Shown: positions 29,371 through 32,000 of the stretch, one piece after another
How positions within the stretch are numbered: the first letter of the stretch is position 1
How the letters are laid out: every line of letters starts with the position of its first letter
Source of the DNA: Caedimonas varicaedens
Lineage (GTDB): Bacteria; Pseudomonadota; Alphaproteobacteria; Caedimonadales; Caedimonadaceae
DNA: 32,000 bases
Reading direction: 5' to 3'
NCBI GenBank assembly: GCA_001192655.1
Contig: BBVC01000016.1
Coordinates: forward strand, 15,149-47,148
Position numbers and translations under genes: made by a program
The notes under the pieces: generated by a model
Database searches by the model: none
What the model was told of the DNA's origin: nothing
What the model saw: the letters and a program-made list of their open reading frames with translations, nothing else

Positions 29371-30777
29371 ATGAGCCCGGTGAAAGCTCTGAAACCTATT
29401 ATTCTCTCTGGAAAAGAAGTTCTCCCCCTGGTAGAGGGCGGGAAAGGGATTTCTGTATCCAACGGCGAAAGCTCAGGCGCTTGGGCAGCCTCTGGTGGCG
29501 TTGGGACTTTTTCTGGCGTCAATGCTGATTCTTTTGACAAAAAGGGTCAGCTTATTCCCATCATCTATCATGGAAAAACCCGTCGGGAACGTCATGAAGA
29601 ACTTATTCGCTTTGCCGTGCAAGGTGCTATTCATCAAGCCCGAGTTGCTTATGAGACGGCGGGTTCTCAGGGACGCATTCATATGAATGTGCTTTGGGAA
29701 ATGGGCGCCTGTGAAACAATTTTGCACGCCGTTTTGGAAGGTGCAAAAGGCCTGGTTCATGGCGTCACTTGCGGCGCAGGTATGCCTTATAAAATTGCTG
29801 AAATCTCGGCACGCTATGGAATCTATTATTACCCTATTGTTTCTTCTGCCCGCGCTTTTCGCGCTCTTTGGAAACGCGCTTATCACAAATTTCCTGAATG
29901 GTTGGGGGCTGTTGTTTATGAAGATCCCTGGCGAGCGGGTGGTCATAATGGACTTTCTAACAGCGAAAATCCTGACTATCCAGAAGATCCCTACCCTCGT
30001 GTTCTAGCCCTGCGTCAACAAATGGCTGAATATGGGCTTTCTCATATACCGATCATTATGGCGGGGGGAGTGTGGTGTCTTCAGGAATGGGACAACTGGC
30101 TTGATAATCCCGAATTGGGGCCCATAGCCTTTCAGTTTGGAACACGCCCTCTTTTGACCCAGGAGAGTCCCATTTCCGATGAATGGAAGCGTAGAATCCT
30201 TACACTTAAGGAAGGGGATATAGTTTTAAATCGCTTTAGTCCCACGGGTTTCTATTCATCTGCTGTCAAAAATGATTTTCTCAATGAGCTGATAGAACGC
30301 TCCAATCGTCAGGTTGCCTATACCATGAATCCGGTGGGTGAGCATACTTCTGAATTTAAAGCAGGAGCTCGAGGTCGTCTTGTTTATCTGGCTCCTCACG
30401 ATTATGAGCATGCAACAAATTGGGTTGCCCAAGGTTATACAGAAGCACTGCGCACGCCAGGCTCAACACTGATTTTTGTGACGCCTGAAAAGGCAAATCA
30501 GATTCTGACAGACCAGATTAACTGCATGGGGTGCCTGAGTGCCTGTAACTTCAGTAATTGGCAAGAGGAAGAACCCTACTCAACGGGTCACAAAGCCGAT
30601 CCAAGATCTTATTGTATTCAAAAAACGTTACAGGAAATTGCTCATGGTGGAGATGTCAATCATCAATTGATGTTTGCCGGTCATAACGCATTTCGCTTTG
30701 CTCAAGACCCATTTTACGCTAATGGTTTTATACCTACTGTGCGACAACTTGTGGCACGTTTGGAAACAGGACAGTAA
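29371..30777 (+). CDS. nitronate monooxygenase (NMO / 2-nitropropane dioxygenase-like) family FMN oxidoreductase, long form
   Basis: 468 aa. N-terminal PLVEGGKGISVSNG...GGVGT and mid-protein PIIMAGGV are typical of the NMO TIM-barrel family. A strong SD (GAGGAG) precedes the ATG. Confidence 0.6.
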   Translation: MSPVKALKPIILSGKEVLPLVEGGKGISVSNGESSGAWAASGGVGTFSGVNADSFDKKGQLIPIIYHGKTRRERHEELIRFAVQGAIHQARVAYETAGSQGRIHMNVLWEMGACETILHAVLEGAKGLVHGVTCGAGMPYKIAEISARYGIYYYPIVSSARAFRALWKRAYHKFPEWLGAVVYEDPWRAGGHNGLSNSENPDYPEDPYPRVLALRQQMAEYGLSHIPIIMAGGVWCLQEWDNWLDNPELGPIAFQFGTRPLLTQESPISDEWKRRILTLKEGDIVLNRFSPTGFYSSAVKNDFLNELIERSNRQVAYTMNPVGEHTSEFKAGARGRLVYLAPHDYEHATNWVAQGYTEALRTPGSTLIFVTPEKANQILTDQINCMGCLSACNFSNWQEEEPYSTGHKADPRSYCIQKTLQEIAHGGDVNHQLMFAGHNAFRFAQDPFYANGFIPTVRQLVARLETGQ

Positions 30778-30799
30778 CAACAATAAGGAGGAAGAAAAC

Positions 30800-31339
30800 A
30801 TGCTGACGATCGGTGATCAATTTCCATCGTTCAATCTGAAAGCCGTCACTCAAAATGATCACAGTGAGGGATTCCCCTCAGTTAATGAACAAGATCAGTC
30901 CGGAAAATGGAAAGTTTTCTTTTTTTGGCCCAAGGATTTTACGTTTATTTGTCCTACAGAATTAATCAGCTTTGGGGATCTTTATTCAGAATTTCAAAAG
31001 CGCAATGCTCAAATTTATGGTTGCAGTACTGATTCTGATTATGTGCATCTTGCGTGGCGTAACAGCCATCCAGGGTTAGCGAATCTTCCTTATCCTATGT
31101 TATCAGATATTAAAAGAGAGCTCTCGGAAAGTTTGGGAATTCTACACCCCAGCGAGGGTGTTTGCCTGAGAGCAACCTATATCGTCGATCCCGAAGGCAA
31201 GATTCGTCACGTTTCTGTGAATGACCTCAGTGTGGGGCGCAATACAGATGAGACGCTTCGCATTCTTGACGGACTTCAGTCAGAAGAGCTGTGTGGATGT
31301 AACTGGAAGCCCGGTCAGGCACATATTAAAGCGGCTTAA
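30800..31339 (+). CDS. ahpC: peroxiredoxin AhpC, three-cysteine (AhpD-dependent, mycobacterial-type) form
   Basis: The start is at 30800, after AAGGAGG. MLTIGDQFPSFNLKAV..., FFFWPKDFTFICPTE (peroxidatic Cys) and C-terminal EELCGCNWKPG parallel M. tuberculosis AhpC (LLTIGDQFP, FFWPKDFTFVCPTE, ELCACNWRKG). Confidence 0.9.
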   Translation: MLTIGDQFPSFNLKAVTQNDHSEGFPSVNEQDQSGKWKVFFFWPKDFTFICPTELISFGDLYSEFQKRNAQIYGCSTDSDYVHLAWRNSHPGLANLPYPMLSDIKRELSESLGILHPSEGVCLRATYIVDPEGKIRHVSVNDLSVGRNTDETLRILDGLQSEELCGCNWKPGQAHIKAA

Positions 31340-31356
31340 ATTCAGGGACTTTTTGA

Positions 31357-31400
31357 CCAAATCTTCTCCTTAGTATTTGTGGAGAGGATTTGGTTTTTTT
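31357..31400 (+). terminator. intrinsic terminator after ahpC
   Basis: A 13-bp stem, CCAAATCTTCTCC (31357..31369) with GGAGAGGATTTGG (31381..31393), including one G:U. It has an 11-nt loop and is followed by T7 (31394..31400). Confidence 0.75.
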
Positions 31401-31453
31401 ATCGACCTTTAAGTTTGGTAAAAACTTAAAGTCCTGTGAAAGGAAACAAAACC

Positions 31454-31876
31454 ATGTCTCCTCCCCGTCCCGTCAATACTCCCTGGCTGTTGCCCTACAT
31501 TACGGTGGTGGATGTTGATAAGGCTGTAAAATTTTATGAGAGCGCCTTCAAATTCAACGTCGTTAATCTTGTTCCTGGAGAAGACGGAACATCCTGGCAT
31601 GCAGAAATGAAATACAAAGATCAGCTTCTCATGTGCGGAAAACAGGGATGTTATGGTTCGACAACAAAATCTCCTCTTACCAGCGGAGTTGAATGTCCCA
31701 TTACGCTTTACCTCTATTGTGAAGATGTTGATAAGTTTTATAAAGAAGCTCTCTTCAAAGGAGCCCTCTCTCTTGCAGAACCAGAAAATATGTTTTGGGG
31801 AGATCGTATGTGTCGCCTAAAGGACCCGGAAAATTACATTTGGTCTTTTGCAACACATGTGGGAAAAATTGTCTAA
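31454..31876 (+). CDS. VOC (glyoxalase/bleomycin-resistance) family protein
   Basis: 140 aa from ATG 31454 (AAAGGA lies upstream). PYITVVDVDKAVKFYESAF ... YLYCEDVDKFYKEA...GA....EP.NMFWGDRMCRLKDPENYIWSFA is a typical small VOC/PhnB-like pattern. Confidence 0.7.
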   Translation: MSPPRPVNTPWLLPYITVVDVDKAVKFYESAFKFNVVNLVPGEDGTSWHAEMKYKDQLLMCGKQGCYGSTTKSPLTSGVECPITLYLYCEDVDKFYKEALFKGALSLAEPENMFWGDRMCRLKDPENYIWSFATHVGKIV

Positions 31877-31909
31877 AAGAGTGTGCTGGTGTCTTCTTTC
31901 AATCGAATT

Positions 31910-31986
31910 ATGATCTTTGGACGACCAGGAAGCGGAAAGTCAACATTTGCTCTCCAATTAAGGAATCAGTTGTCTCTTCCGCTGTA
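31910..31986 (+). pseudogene. P-loop NTPase (adenylate-kinase-like / topology-modulation-protein-like) gene, 5' fragment cut by an IS
   Basis: My own translation: MIFGRPGSGKSTFALQLRNQLSLPLY, with Walker A GRPGSGKST. The frame may start at GTG 31889 (VSSFNRIMIFG). The reading frame runs into the IS end at 31987 and stops at 31991..31993. Confidence 0.55.
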
Positions 31987-32000
31987 TAGCTAACAACATA
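31987..32000 (-). mobile_element. terminus of a third IS630-family copy (continues beyond the right edge)
   Basis: TAGCTAACAACATA is identical to the first 14 nt of the IS right end at 5338..5351. It is preceded by the TA target dinucleotide (31985-31986). Confidence 0.6.

Noticed and set aside
30674-30799. N-terminal extensions offered by the ORF track: ahpC 30674, rpsO 26653, fumC up to 18480, truB 25824 (TTG), ABC-F 15484, rng up to 12854, VOC 31436 (GTG) and MscS 1247.
   Set aside because: The extensions overlap upstream genes or lack an SD. Internal ATGs preceded by SD-like sequence give N-termini that match the family consensus.
1-32000. I scanned by eye for CRISPR arrays, tandem repeats, rRNA, tmRNA, RNase P RNA, riboswitch-like leaders, toxin-antitoxin pairs and defence-system genes.
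   Set aside because: I noticed no regularly spaced repeats and no recognisable structured-RNA consensus. All intergenic regions are under 300 bp. A covariance-model scan (Rfam/Infernal) would be needed to exclude small ncRNAs.

Overview
This is an AT-rich bacterial chromosome segment. It most likely comes from a host-associated alphaproteobacterium. That is an inference from the gene strings infA-maf-rng-yacG, rpoZ-spoT and truB-rpsO-pnp, a 41-aa Cys-poor L36, an H+-pyrophosphatase, nucleoside and peptide importers, and a heavy IS load. About 30 protein genes and one tRNA-Arg(ACG) are present, and most are housekeeping: rsmE, an MscS-type channel, gpt, nupC, a POT transporter, yacG, RNase E/G, maf, infA, prmC, an ABC-F ATPase, fumC, tadA, hppA, rpmJ, rpoZ, spoT, truB, rpsO, pnp and ahpC. 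Five accessory patches stand out. (1) 4.2-7.1 kb, on the 3' side of tRNA-Arg, holds an orphan secreted six-cysteine protein and a 904-bp IS630-family element inserted into a second copy of itself. (2) 10.5-11.6 kb holds an orphan protein whose C-terminal half carries a heme-oxygenase-like diiron ligand pattern. (3) 19.0-20.4 kb holds a PhyH-type Fe(II)/2-oxoglutarate oxygenase next to an IS110-transposase relic. (4) 29.4-31.9 kb is a nitronate-monooxygenase-like / AhpD-type AhpC / VOC cluster with no ahpD. (5) At the right edge, a third IS630 copy cuts a P-loop NTPase gene. I saw no rRNA, CRISPR array, prophage, secretion system, toxin-antitoxin pair or recognisable defence locus. Nothing here can be shown from sequence alone to be a new multi-gene system; the best candidates are single orphan genes and the IS architecture. 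All functional calls rest on motif recognition by eye, not on searches.
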